This document shows positions 1 through 8,567 of a stretch of 64,000 bases of DNA, piece after piece (the first letter of the stretch is position 1; every line of letters begins with the position of its first letter). Under the pieces are notes generated by a model. It ran no database searches. It was not told where the DNA came from and saw only the letters and a program-made list of their open reading frames with translations. The position numbers and the translations under genes are program-made. This DNA comes from a virus. The stretch covers positions 1 to 64,000 of IMG/VR virus record IMGVR_UViG_3300028844_006431; one strand, given 5' to 3'.

Positions 1-234
1 GTGCGTTTGCGAGATGTTGATGTGGAAGTGATTGTTGTCCGAAGATTTACAAACTTTGTCACGGAAGAAAAAGTTGATCAATTAGGACAAGAACTAGTCG
101 CATGGGTTCAGAAGAATCAAGAGTATACAAATAATACTCGAGTAAAAGGACCTGTTCGTGTAGCAAGATTTGATCCAATGTGGACAATACCTTTTCTTCG
201 TAGAAATGAAATACATTTATTAGTAGATATTTAA
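1..234 (+). CDS. SOUL/HBP family heme-binding protein, C-terminal part (truncated by the window edge)
   Basis: VIVVRRF...ARFDPMWTIPFLRRNEIHL matches the SOUL C-terminal signature (YNPPWTLPFLRRNEV-like). Confidence 0.8.
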   Translation: MRLRDVDVEVIVVRRFTNFVTEEKVDQLGQELVAWVQKNQEYTNNTRVKGPVRVARFDPMWTIPFLRRNEIHLLVDI

Positions 235-633
235 ATGAAAGATCATAATCACATAGTGAAATATATTGATACTCCAGGTTATCGTGGAGATGACCGCAGA
301 AGACCAGAAAATTCTCCAAGAGTCCCGTGTATGGTTCCTGTTACTGTTGATGATGAATCGCCAGATAAGGAACCATATTATGGAAAGGTAATGAACATCG
401 GCCATGGAGGTTGTAAACTATTCACACATGAATTAGTGAATCAATCTGCTTTATTGAAAATTACCTTCTATTTGCAACGAGGTGAAGATTTTCATAAGTG
501 TACACCAATCACTGGTCGTGTAGTCCATGTACATGGAAAAGGATCAAATTATGTTGTGAATGTAGATTTTCGTGGTGCGATACACTATGAGCATGGTATT
601 CAAGAACTAATTGACATTAATTCAAAAAAATGA
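235..633 (+). CDS. Single-domain PilZ protein (variant motifs)
   Basis: DDRRRPENSPRVP and MNIGHGGC resemble the RxxxR and (D/N)xSxxG motifs; beta-rich remainder (ITGRVVHV...VVNVDF). Confidence 0.7.
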   Translation: MKDHNHIVKYIDTPGYRGDDRRRPENSPRVPCMVPVTVDDESPDKEPYYGKVMNIGHGGCKLFTHELVNQSALLKITFYLQRGEDFHKCTPITGRVVHVHGKGSNYVVNVDFRGAIHYEHGIQELIDINSKK

Positions 634-1037
634 AAACTAAACACAATCAAAGAAAAGAAGAACGCTTTCGAGTTTTACTTCCTGCTCGATTGACAGCAAC
701 TCATATTTCAGATTTAGTTCGTGTTGTAGATATCAGTATTATTGGTTGTCGATTCATGACAACCAAAAATTTAAATCTTCAAGCATCTACAACATTACAT
801 TTTTATCGAACTGATGAAATAATTGACCCTAAAACAGATGAGATTAGAGTTCAACATCATCCATGTAATGATATTTCTTGCCGTGTAGTTCGTAAATTTA
901 AATCACAACAAGAAGGCACAAATGTTTTTGGTGTTGAATTTATGGGTGTGGTCTTACCAGAACATTGTATAACTCAAATCATTGGTGAACTCGAAGTAGT
1001 TCGTAAAGATAATCGAGCAGCCTCTATAAAAAAATGA
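630..1037 (+). CDS. Single-domain PilZ protein (canonical c-di-GMP motifs)
   Basis: QRKEER (RxxxR), DISIIG (DxSxxG), CRVVR and FGVEF; ATGA overlap with both neighbours. Confidence 0.8.
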   Translation: MKTKHNQRKEERFRVLLPARLTATHISDLVRVVDISIIGCRFMTTKNLNLQASTTLHFYRTDEIIDPKTDEIRVQHHPCNDISCRVVRKFKSQQEGTNVFGVEFMGVVLPEHCITQIIGELEVVRKDNRAASIKK

Positions 1038-3166
1038 AATCTATATTACTCTTTTTGTGTATGTTGTTGTTCACTACTTCAGCATACACAAAAGAGACAC
1101 TGACTATTACATCCCCACAGCAAACTAAAATAGACCTACCTACTCATGCTTCTTATTTCGAATCAAAAAATCGTTTTTGGGCTGGTCATACTTTTTCAAT
1201 TGCTGACCTTGAAAAAGCAGAATGGACGGATGAACTAAAATCTCAACGTTCATACTATAGTGGTTTTTGGATTCGTTTTGAAATTTATAATGATACAAGT
1301 TATGAATACTTTGGTGTTGGCCATGAGAATCTCGAAGAAGCATATGTATATGTTGTTCATCGAGATAATGTCGTAAAGCATACTTATATACATAAAGAGT
1401 TTACGATATTAGAATCATTGACTGGTTTGGACTTTTATGATAACATGAGAGTTCGAATACCTCAACAATCTTCTGTGACTGTTTATAGTTGGATTGAATC
1501 ATCTCCTTACAATCGCTGGTATGGCATCACACGACCTTATGAACAAATTTATCTTACAGAATGGAATGAACTTCAAAAAAATATTCTATTCACATTTGGT
1601 TCAAAGTTAATTTTTGTAATTTTCGCATGGACTTTTGCCTTATATTTTCTGATCACATTACTCATCAATTTTCGTCGATATAATTTCTATCTTTTCGCCA
1701 TCACAGTTTGTACTGCAAGTTTATATACCTTTGGTGAAATAGGTATTGGTTATTATATTCATGCGCCAAAATTATTTACAATTTCAAATCTTTACGCTAT
1801 TGTAGCTGCAACTGGTATATTAGCTTACAACCAGTTCGTTTACGCAATGATTCAAAGTGTGCACTTTTATCCTCTTCTCAAGAAAATTCAAACAGTTACA
1901 CAATCAATCACAGCATTTGCCTTGTTCGCAAATATTTTTCTTTTGTTTTCTTTTCCGACCGATTTTGAAAAAGACTTAATTCAATATCCTTTGCTCGAAG
2001 TTCCACTTGGTCCATCTTTTGTTCCACCATTATTGATTATTATTTTTTGGACAATTCAATTATTTCCACTGATTGCTTTTGCGTCTGTTTCGTCTTTTCG
2101 TGGTAAATCTTATTCAGTCTCACTCTTAGTGAGTATGGTCTTTTTATTATTCATACCTTTCAAATACATTTTGATTTTAAAATTCAATGTGCCATTTGAC
2201 TCCTTACCTAGTTCAGAGTTTTTATTAGGTGGTTTGATTTGTTTACTTGGTGTCACATCAACTCTAAAGATTCGTCAAACAGAAAGTGACCAATTTAGTA
2301 ATCTCGTTTCACTCAAAGAATCTTATGCTCGTTTTGTTCCAGAAGAACTTCATTTATTACTCAATAAGAAAACAATCACAGAAGTGAAACTTGGTGACCA
2401 AAAAGCATATGATATGAGTGTTCTTTTTACTGATATAAGAAACTTCACAACAATCAGTGAAAAAATGTCACCAGAAGAAAACTTTAAGTTCATCAATGAT
2501 TTCTTAGATCATATGACACCAATCGTGAAAGAGAATAATGGTTTTGTGAATAAGTTCATTGGTGATTCAATCATGGCTATTTTTCATATGTCAAATACAG
2601 ATGCTGTAGATGCTGCTATTGATATGATTCGCAAGCTTTCAATTTTCAACACTTATTTGATCAATCAAGACTATGATCCAATCAAGATTGGTATTGGTGT
2701 CAACTCAGGAAGATTGATGCTGGGCACTTTGGGAATTGAAGACCGAATGGAAGCATCTGTGATTGGAGATGCCGTCAATCTCGCTGCCCGTCTCGAAGCC
2801 ATGACCAAGTACTATAATGTGCCGGTGCTATTGTCTGGACATACGGTCCAGAAGCTCCCAGAGTCTCGCTACCGGCTCCGAATGATAGACCGAGTAGCAG
2901 TGAAAGGGAAACAAGAAAAAACCGATATTTTTCAGGTTTTAGATGTCTATACGGAAGAGATGGTCACAAGGAAGCAAAAACTGCTTCCTCTCTTTGACCG
3001 AGCATATGATACATTTCAATCAGAAGATTTTGTTCGTGCTGAACTTCTGTTTCGTGAAGTCTTAGAGGGCGACCCTTCGGATCACGTTGCGAAGATTTAT
3101 CTTCAACGATGTAGTGAGGAGGGTGAACACCTCTCAGCAGAAAGACGGATGATACATTTTATGTGA
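1034..3166 (+). CDS. Membrane-bound class III adenylate cyclase with signal peptide, 7TMR-DISM-like extracellular domain, about 7 TM helices and a TPR-like C-terminal tail
   Basis: Catalytic motifs VLFTDIRNFT, NKFIGDSIMA, IGIGVNSG and SVIGDAVNLAARLE; hydrophobic segments about aa 185-410; FWIRFEI in the N-terminal domain. Confidence 0.92.
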   Translation: MKSILLFLCMLLFTTSAYTKETLTITSPQQTKIDLPTHASYFESKNRFWAGHTFSIADLEKAEWTDELKSQRSYYSGFWIRFEIYNDTSYEYFGVGHENLEEAYVYVVHRDNVVKHTYIHKEFTILESLTGLDFYDNMRVRIPQQSSVTVYSWIESSPYNRWYGITRPYEQIYLTEWNELQKNILFTFGSKLIFVIFAWTFALYFLITLLINFRRYNFYLFAITVCTASLYTFGEIGIGYYIHAPKLFTISNLYAIVAATGILAYNQFVYAMIQSVHFYPLLKKIQTVTQSITAFALFANIFLLFSFPTDFEKDLIQYPLLEVPLGPSFVPPLLIIIFWTIQLFPLIAFASVSSFRGKSYSVSLLVSMVFLLFIPFKYILILKFNVPFDSLPSSEFLLGGLICLLGVTSTLKIRQTESDQFSNLVSLKESYARFVPEELHLLLNKKTITEVKLGDQKAYDMSVLFTDIRNFTTISEKMSPEENFKFINDFLDHMTPIVKENNGFVNKFIGDSIMAIFHMSNTDAVDAAIDMIRKLSIFNTYLINQDYDPIKIGIGVNSGRLMLGTLGIEDRMEASVIGDAVNLAARLEAMTKYYNVPVLLSGHTVQKLPESRYRLRMIDRVAVKGKQEKTDIFQVLDVYTEEMVTRKQKLLPLFDRAYDTFQSEDFVRAELLFREVLEGDPSDHVAKIYLQRCSEEGEHLSAERRMIHFM

Positions 3167-3168
3167 GA

Positions 3169-3666
3169 TTACCACTTGGTCCACCAAAATAATCTGTTTC
3201 CGATGGGAGTTTTTTCGTCTTCAATTTCCACTACTAGTGGCCACTTCATTCTCTCATCATTCGTTACCATTGCAATTTCGCAATATTCGTGATGTGCTGC
3301 ATCTTTGACTTCTCGATAAGATGCCTTCACATCAAAGGGAAAATGATTTTCGTAGATAACAATCCGTAGGTCATCATAGACAGTGATTTCTTTAAAATCA
3401 TAAATGTCTTTGTACAAAGCAATCACATCATCATAATATGTTTCTTTGAGTTCACAAATTGTATAAAGGGGGTAGCCGTATAAATCATTTTTGCTTGTGT
3501 AGAAAATCGGTAGTAAAACTCCTCCGCGGGTGATATAACGATTGATATCTACAAACTCTTGGTCATTACCAATGACGGTATCTGAATGTAATTCAGCTTG
3601 AGCAGGGATGGGCATGAAAAGAAAAGAGACAAGCACACACATAACAAGGATACGAATAAAAGACAT
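3169..3666 (-). CDS. Hypothetical exported protein
   Basis: Likely start MSFIR at 3666, preceded by AAGGAG; Sec-type signal peptide ending AQA. Confidence 0.65.
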   Translation of the reverse strand: MSFIRILVMCVLVSFLFMPIPAQAELHSDTVIGNDQEFVDINRYITRGGVLLPIFYTSKNDLYGYPLYTICELKETYYDDVIALYKDIYDFKEITVYDDLRIVIYENHFPFDVKASYREVKDAAHHEYCEIAMVTNDERMKWPLVVEIEDEKTPIGNRLFWWTKW

Positions 3667-3697
3667 GGGACTCCTTGTCGATAGGTTATAAAGATAG

Positions 3698-3715
3698 TAT
3701 TTAGTATGATAAATA
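3698..3715. promoter_or_regulatory. Back-to-back T4-type late promoter motifs: GATAAATA (+, 3708-3715) and CTAAATA (-, 3698-3704)
   Basis: Similar to the T4 gp55 consensus TATAAATA and located between divergent genes. Confidence 0.5.
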
Positions 3716-3762
3716 AAAGTAATCAATAATCATTTATAACGAACATATCTGGAAAAAAATTC

Positions 3763-5748
3763 ATGAGTTATTATATACAGCCACTTCTTTCGTCAAACAC
3801 CTTTGGCGAATTTATGAACAGAATTAACGATGTAATTGATGAATTCAATTTGGCAAATTCTGTATTTCAACCAAATGTCATGGTTCGATTTGATTCAAGC
3901 GGTTCGTTATCTGCGAATACAATTGATACGAGTGCTATAAGTTTTTCCGGTTATACAATCAATTCTATTCAACAAAACTTCTTTACAAATAATCATAACT
4001 CTCTTGCTACTTCAAAAGCAATTTATGATTTATTAACAGGAGGTACAGCTTTAAGATTAAAGTTAAAAGCAAATTCGATTAACTTTGGCGATGGATATGA
4101 ATTAGATCAGATACTCCAAGTATCAGATATGCTTCAGTCAAGATTTACATATAATTATAATAAACCAATCACAGCAAATGCTGTGTTCGAAATTTTAGAT
4201 GGAGTACGACATCCACATAATTCTTATGCTATAAGTCCAAAATACATAGCACTTCCTAGTTCTGATGGCCAAATCTATCGGTTCAAACACAATTTTTCAG
4301 ATGTATCACATTCAGTGATTGTAAGTGCTAAAGCAATCAAGGATTGGTTATCAGGTTCAGGTTCACCTTTAGATTTGAAATTGGGTTCACTTGACTTTCG
4401 TGAACCAGGTAGTAATAAAGTTATTCGTATTGCCAATAATTTTGTTACACACAATGATGATGAGACTCTTATTACAGCCAAAGGTATCTATGAGTTAGTT
4501 GGTGGAGCAGATAAAGACATACGAACTCTTGAAGGAACTTCTCTCCGAATCAAAACTCATCTAATTGATTCAATACGAGATGATTTCACTTTAATTCAAA
4601 GTAATACACTACCTTCTACACTTGCTGTTCAAAACTATCTTGAAAGTGGAAATTATGATTTAGAAATTCAAGCAAATAATATTTTCTTGAATTATGAGAT
4701 CACAGCAAATACTGGAAATATCAATAAAGATTTATTTGTTGGTAATACAATCAATGTTGCAAATAGTCTGACAGTTCCTTATCTTTCTTCAAAAGAATTT
4801 TTCCTTTCAAACACAGCCAATCTTTTTGAAATCACAATCAATGCGATTTCAAGAGATATTCTTAGTTTAGATGACCACACTCTCGCAACTACAAATGCAA
4901 TTCATAAGTTCTTGGGTTCAGGAAATGTAGAATCGATTAGCGCAAATACATTGTTCACTCTTGCTGGTTATTCAGTCAATGCGATTACACGCATGATTGA
5001 TGCTGCAAATACAAACAATACAACAATTGCGACAACAGGCGCCATCTATGATTTGCTTACAGGTGCTGTTGTTAGTGTTCCTCCTCTACCCATTTCCGCA
5101 AATACATTTTCATTTCCTGGTGCGGGTCCTGGTGGTAATGTTGTTGTCAATTCAATCGCAACTGATTTCACAACAATCAATGATACTACATTAGTTACAG
5201 CAAATGCTGTTTACAATCTTCTTACTGATAATTCTTTATCTGCTCGACTAAACTCACTCAGTATTCAGGGTGGTCAAGTTGTTACGGATATTACAACACT
5301 TATAACACCAGCAACTACCAATCATAACACACTTGCTACTACTGAAGCAATCAAATTCTTAGTTGATAATAATCTATCTTCAGGTTCTGCTGTAATTTCT
5401 GCTGATGAAATTGCAGCAAATGATATTGAGGTAAAAAATCTGTTTACAAGAGTTATTGAAACAGGCGGAACAATCACGGGAGAATCACTCGGTCAGCAAT
5501 CATTCTCTGATTATACAGACCTTGGATATGTAGCTGGGCCTTATGTTTATTCTTCTGCTATTGAAGCATATGAAGAAAAGGATTTGAATAGTTCGGTAAT
5601 CTTACTTGGGGAGGGAGGAACTTCTGGAACAGGAGCATCAGATCAACAAGGTGAAGCACGAACAATCAAAATTATTGCCGGTGGAACAAATCTTACAGTA
5701 AACTCTCTTGGTGTGTTTATCAATGGCGCACCAGTTGTCACTTCCTAA
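3763..5748 (+). CDS. Virion structural, fibre-like protein with internal repeats
   Basis: N-terminal SNTFGEFMNRIN resembles the TF..W...N start of T4-like fibre/neck proteins; about ten repeats of (L/I)AT..AI..LL; late promoter motif upstream. Confidence 0.6.
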   Translation: MSYYIQPLLSSNTFGEFMNRINDVIDEFNLANSVFQPNVMVRFDSSGSLSANTIDTSAISFSGYTINSIQQNFFTNNHNSLATSKAIYDLLTGGTALRLKLKANSINFGDGYELDQILQVSDMLQSRFTYNYNKPITANAVFEILDGVRHPHNSYAISPKYIALPSSDGQIYRFKHNFSDVSHSVIVSAKAIKDWLSGSGSPLDLKLGSLDFREPGSNKVIRIANNFVTHNDDETLITAKGIYELVGGADKDIRTLEGTSLRIKTHLIDSIRDDFTLIQSNTLPSTLAVQNYLESGNYDLEIQANNIFLNYEITANTGNINKDLFVGNTINVANSLTVPYLSSKEFFLSNTANLFEITINAISRDILSLDDHTLATTNAIHKFLGSGNVESISANTLFTLAGYSVNAITRMIDAANTNNTTIATTGAIYDLLTGAVVSVPPLPISANTFSFPGAGPGGNVVVNSIATDFTTINDTTLVTANAVYNLLTDNSLSARLNSLSIQGGQVVTDITTLITPATTNHNTLATTEAIKFLVDNNLSSGSAVISADEIAANDIEVKNLFTRVIETGGTITGESLGQQSFSDYTDLGYVAGPYVYSSAIEAYEEKDLNSSVILLGEGGTSGTGASDQQGEARTIKIIAGGTNLTVNSLGVFINGAPVVTS

Positions 5749-5762
5749 TTTCCTCTAGACCT

Positions 5763-5791
5763 AAAAAAAGGCAAGCCTTTCGACTTGCCTT
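5763..5791 (-). terminator. Rho-independent terminator of the baseplate operon (possibly bidirectional)
   Basis: Minus strand AAGGCAAGTC-GAAA-GGCTTGCCTT followed by a T run, between convergent genes. Confidence 0.85.
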
Positions 5792-5828
5792 CTTCATTAA
5801 ACTTAAGAAAATCTCGTAAGTAGTTGAT

Positions 5829-8537
5829 TTAAAACTGGATTGAGATTTTAAGATCCTCTGTCTGATTTTGCGATCTTGACACCATTGAGCGATTCTCAAC
5901 ATACAAAATATGTCCAGAACCTGGCATCATACCTGGCTCTTCAGCAAGGTCATCAGCTAGTTTTGAGGTTCCCCAAATCGGTTCATTTTTAACGCTATGT
6001 TCAGTTATCGACTGAATCTTCAAAGGAGAACCATTTCCTTGGAGAACAGTGTAGAAATCTCCTCTTGGCTTAATTACACGAATCTTCTTATTGATGCGGT
6101 CATGGTCAACAAGTTTTGCTGTTGCGATGACGTCACCGTCAGCATACGCATATTGTGATCCATCAGGCTTCATTCGTGTAGCAGATAACCAAAGTGAATT
6201 ATCACCCAAAATAGTATGTGCATTATTCGCAATAAATTGAATATCCATGTCTGGCTCAAAATTGACGATATCAACACCTACGACGTCACTTTCGATAAAT
6301 GTATCTGTATCTAAGTTAAATCGATAGCATTGGTCAGTTTTATATCCTCTGAACAATTGTGAGTATTCAGAAGGCTCCATCCACAAAGTATTCAATGCGA
6401 TTCTGGCATCTGGATCAGTATATCCACCAACATAAGAAGCAGCATTTGTATAACCCAAAGGATTTTTCAGAATACCAATCTTTCGGAATTCGTTACCTAC
6501 TGTGAACTCATCAGATTCAGTTCCTTCAAAACGAGCGTTAATCATAACGTTGAATCCACCAAGTTCTCCAACTGGATCAAATCCGTGTCCACCAACAGGA
6601 GGAATTGAAGCAAATAATTTAGGCTTTGACATTATTCTTGTTGCGTCTACTCCAGCATTGATACCTACATCATCTAAGACACCGGCACATACTTGATAAG
6701 TTGAATACGCAGGATCAAGCGCCAAAAACGTTGTTCCATCTGTTGTAGATGCATCATCAAGTTCTGCGATATTAGCAGCCAACTCACAGCTATCAATACG
6801 ATAATGATAGCGTCCTGGATTCAACACACGAACGTCTATAACTCTTCCGAGAGCGGCAGTTTGATAAGCTTTTTCAGGATTTGAATCCGCAATTTCTTGA
6901 CCAGAAAAGAATGGTTCGCAAATCGCAATTGCTTCAAAAGAATCAACAGTATCAGCTATGGTTGAAGATTGATGATTTGCTTTTACAATTACTTTAGGAT
7001 GAATTTCAATTGTGAGTCCAGTTTGTGAAGCAGTATCAAGTAATGGATCAATACCTTTTTTCTTTGAAAGTGCCTGATCATAATGAGATTCTCCTACATA
7101 TTTTTCATAAACAGCCGTATCACACTTCAATTCGAGTTTTAGTCCATTCCAAGCTACATCTGTGATTTCCCAAGCAATTGATCCATAACGGTCTTGCATA
7201 TATTCGTCAGCAAGATTATTTGGCAAACCTTCACGAATCCAAACTGAATATCCTCTCATAATCAAACCGAGAGCAGTGGCAGCATCGCCACCAGCTGAGT
7301 CAAATATTCTCTGAAGATACCCTAATTTTGTATTATCATTCGTACCAGGATCACCAATTTCAAATTGATTTTTATTACAGGCAGTGTTCACATAACTGAC
7401 TGCTACGTTAGCATCTGGCCAATGACATCCTACTTTGTCATCCACAAGGTCATTCACTGTAAATTTCACAAATTCCGTTCCTGCGGTATGATCCAAATCC
7501 ATTTGAACATTCTCAAATGCCACCTGAAAGAATCCACATCCACCACCAGTAATTTCATATCCAAGAACAGTTCCATCTGACTTTTCTACAGGTGCTTTAT
7601 CTACAAGCACATTCATAATCGCACCCGGACGAGCATTCTCTTCCATGTAATATTGATCTGTATAATCAATTGGTCGTTCACCATTTTCTTTACGAACGGT
7701 TCGAACAGGAATATAAGAAGTTGTTACAAATTTGAGTGCTTCACCGGCATCAATTGTATAATAATATTTCCATTGATAGCCATCGTTAAATTCATTACCG
7801 ATTGTCATAAAATCTTCAGACAATCCAGACTCTGTAATTGTAGTTTGCGGTTCTCGGAAAGAATTATGATTCCAAACATAAAGGTTGTCATCAGAATCTT
7901 TATAGGTACCATCCGCAGGAGTTACTGATGACAAATCCATTGTTGCGGGATCATGAGCATACAGTTGAAAACGACCAATTCCTTGCTTCAAACACTTATA
8001 AACACGGAATCTTTCGTTTACAGTATGAATTAGAATATCATCATCAAAAAGATTATCAGCACGGTCATCGTATCCATCATATCGCATACCGATTTTCCAG
8101 TTTCTTACACCTTCCTGGATTTCATCGGCACGTTCTCGTTTGATTACATGAGAAACTTCCTTTGCTGATACTTTTTTAGCAGCAATCATATCATCCCAGT
8201 GATTGAAATGAGAATCTTTCATACTATCAACAGGAAATGGTGGAGCGTTCTCATTAATATTTGGATTGGGAACACCGTCTGGGGTATCATAAGCATTCCA
8301 AGCTGATACACGACCAATAAACAAATACATTTGGTCGTCAAGAGCATAGAAAGGAATTTTGTTTCCGTCTCCGGCCGAAAGAGCAGCACCAAGCGAAGGT
8401 TCTCCAGTGGCAGGATCAACGTTCATATTCGCTAAAGGAATGTATCCACCTACACCATGTTCTGTTTTTTCCTCAAAGCTTTCTTTAAATTGCTTTGCGT
8501 TACTTACACGAAAAGTAGTATGCACTAATGCGGGCAT
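5829..8537 (-). CDS. gp8: Baseplate wedge subunit, T4 gp8-like, enlarged to 902 aa
   Basis: YLFIGR..W, MIAAKKV, RVYKCL, DGYQWKYYYTI, GGHGFDPVGELG, FRKIGILKNP and C-terminal GHILYVENR...QTEDLKI; downstream of gp6 and gp7. Confidence 0.88.
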   Translation of the reverse strand: MPALVHTTFRVSNAKQFKESFEEKTEHGVGGYIPLANMNVDPATGEPSLGAALSAGDGNKIPFYALDDQMYLFIGRVSAWNAYDTPDGVPNPNINENAPPFPVDSMKDSHFNHWDDMIAAKKVSAKEVSHVIKRERADEIQEGVRNWKIGMRYDGYDDRADNLFDDDILIHTVNERFRVYKCLKQGIGRFQLYAHDPATMDLSSVTPADGTYKDSDDNLYVWNHNSFREPQTTITESGLSEDFMTIGNEFNDGYQWKYYYTIDAGEALKFVTTSYIPVRTVRKENGERPIDYTDQYYMEENARPGAIMNVLVDKAPVEKSDGTVLGYEITGGGCGFFQVAFENVQMDLDHTAGTEFVKFTVNDLVDDKVGCHWPDANVAVSYVNTACNKNQFEIGDPGTNDNTKLGYLQRIFDSAGGDAATALGLIMRGYSVWIREGLPNNLADEYMQDRYGSIAWEITDVAWNGLKLELKCDTAVYEKYVGESHYDQALSKKKGIDPLLDTASQTGLTIEIHPKVIVKANHQSSTIADTVDSFEAIAICEPFFSGQEIADSNPEKAYQTAALGRVIDVRVLNPGRYHYRIDSCELAANIAELDDASTTDGTTFLALDPAYSTYQVCAGVLDDVGINAGVDATRIMSKPKLFASIPPVGGHGFDPVGELGGFNVMINARFEGTESDEFTVGNEFRKIGILKNPLGYTNAASYVGGYTDPDARIALNTLWMEPSEYSQLFRGYKTDQCYRFNLDTDTFIESDVVGVDIVNFEPDMDIQFIANNAHTILGDNSLWLSATRMKPDGSQYAYADGDVIATAKLVDHDRINKKIRVIKPRGDFYTVLQGNGSPLKIQSITEHSVKNEPIWGTSKLADDLAEEPGMMPGSGHILYVENRSMVSRSQNQTEDLKISIQF

Positions 8538-8567
8538 CTTTTTTCTCCTTGAAAATTACTTTATAAA

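Noticed and set aside
1-3166. Interpreting the left end as host chromosome flanking a prophage
   Set aside because: No integrase or att-like junction, composition and gene packing match the phage genes, and T4-like phages are typically lytic; a chimeric assembly cannot be fully excluded without reads.
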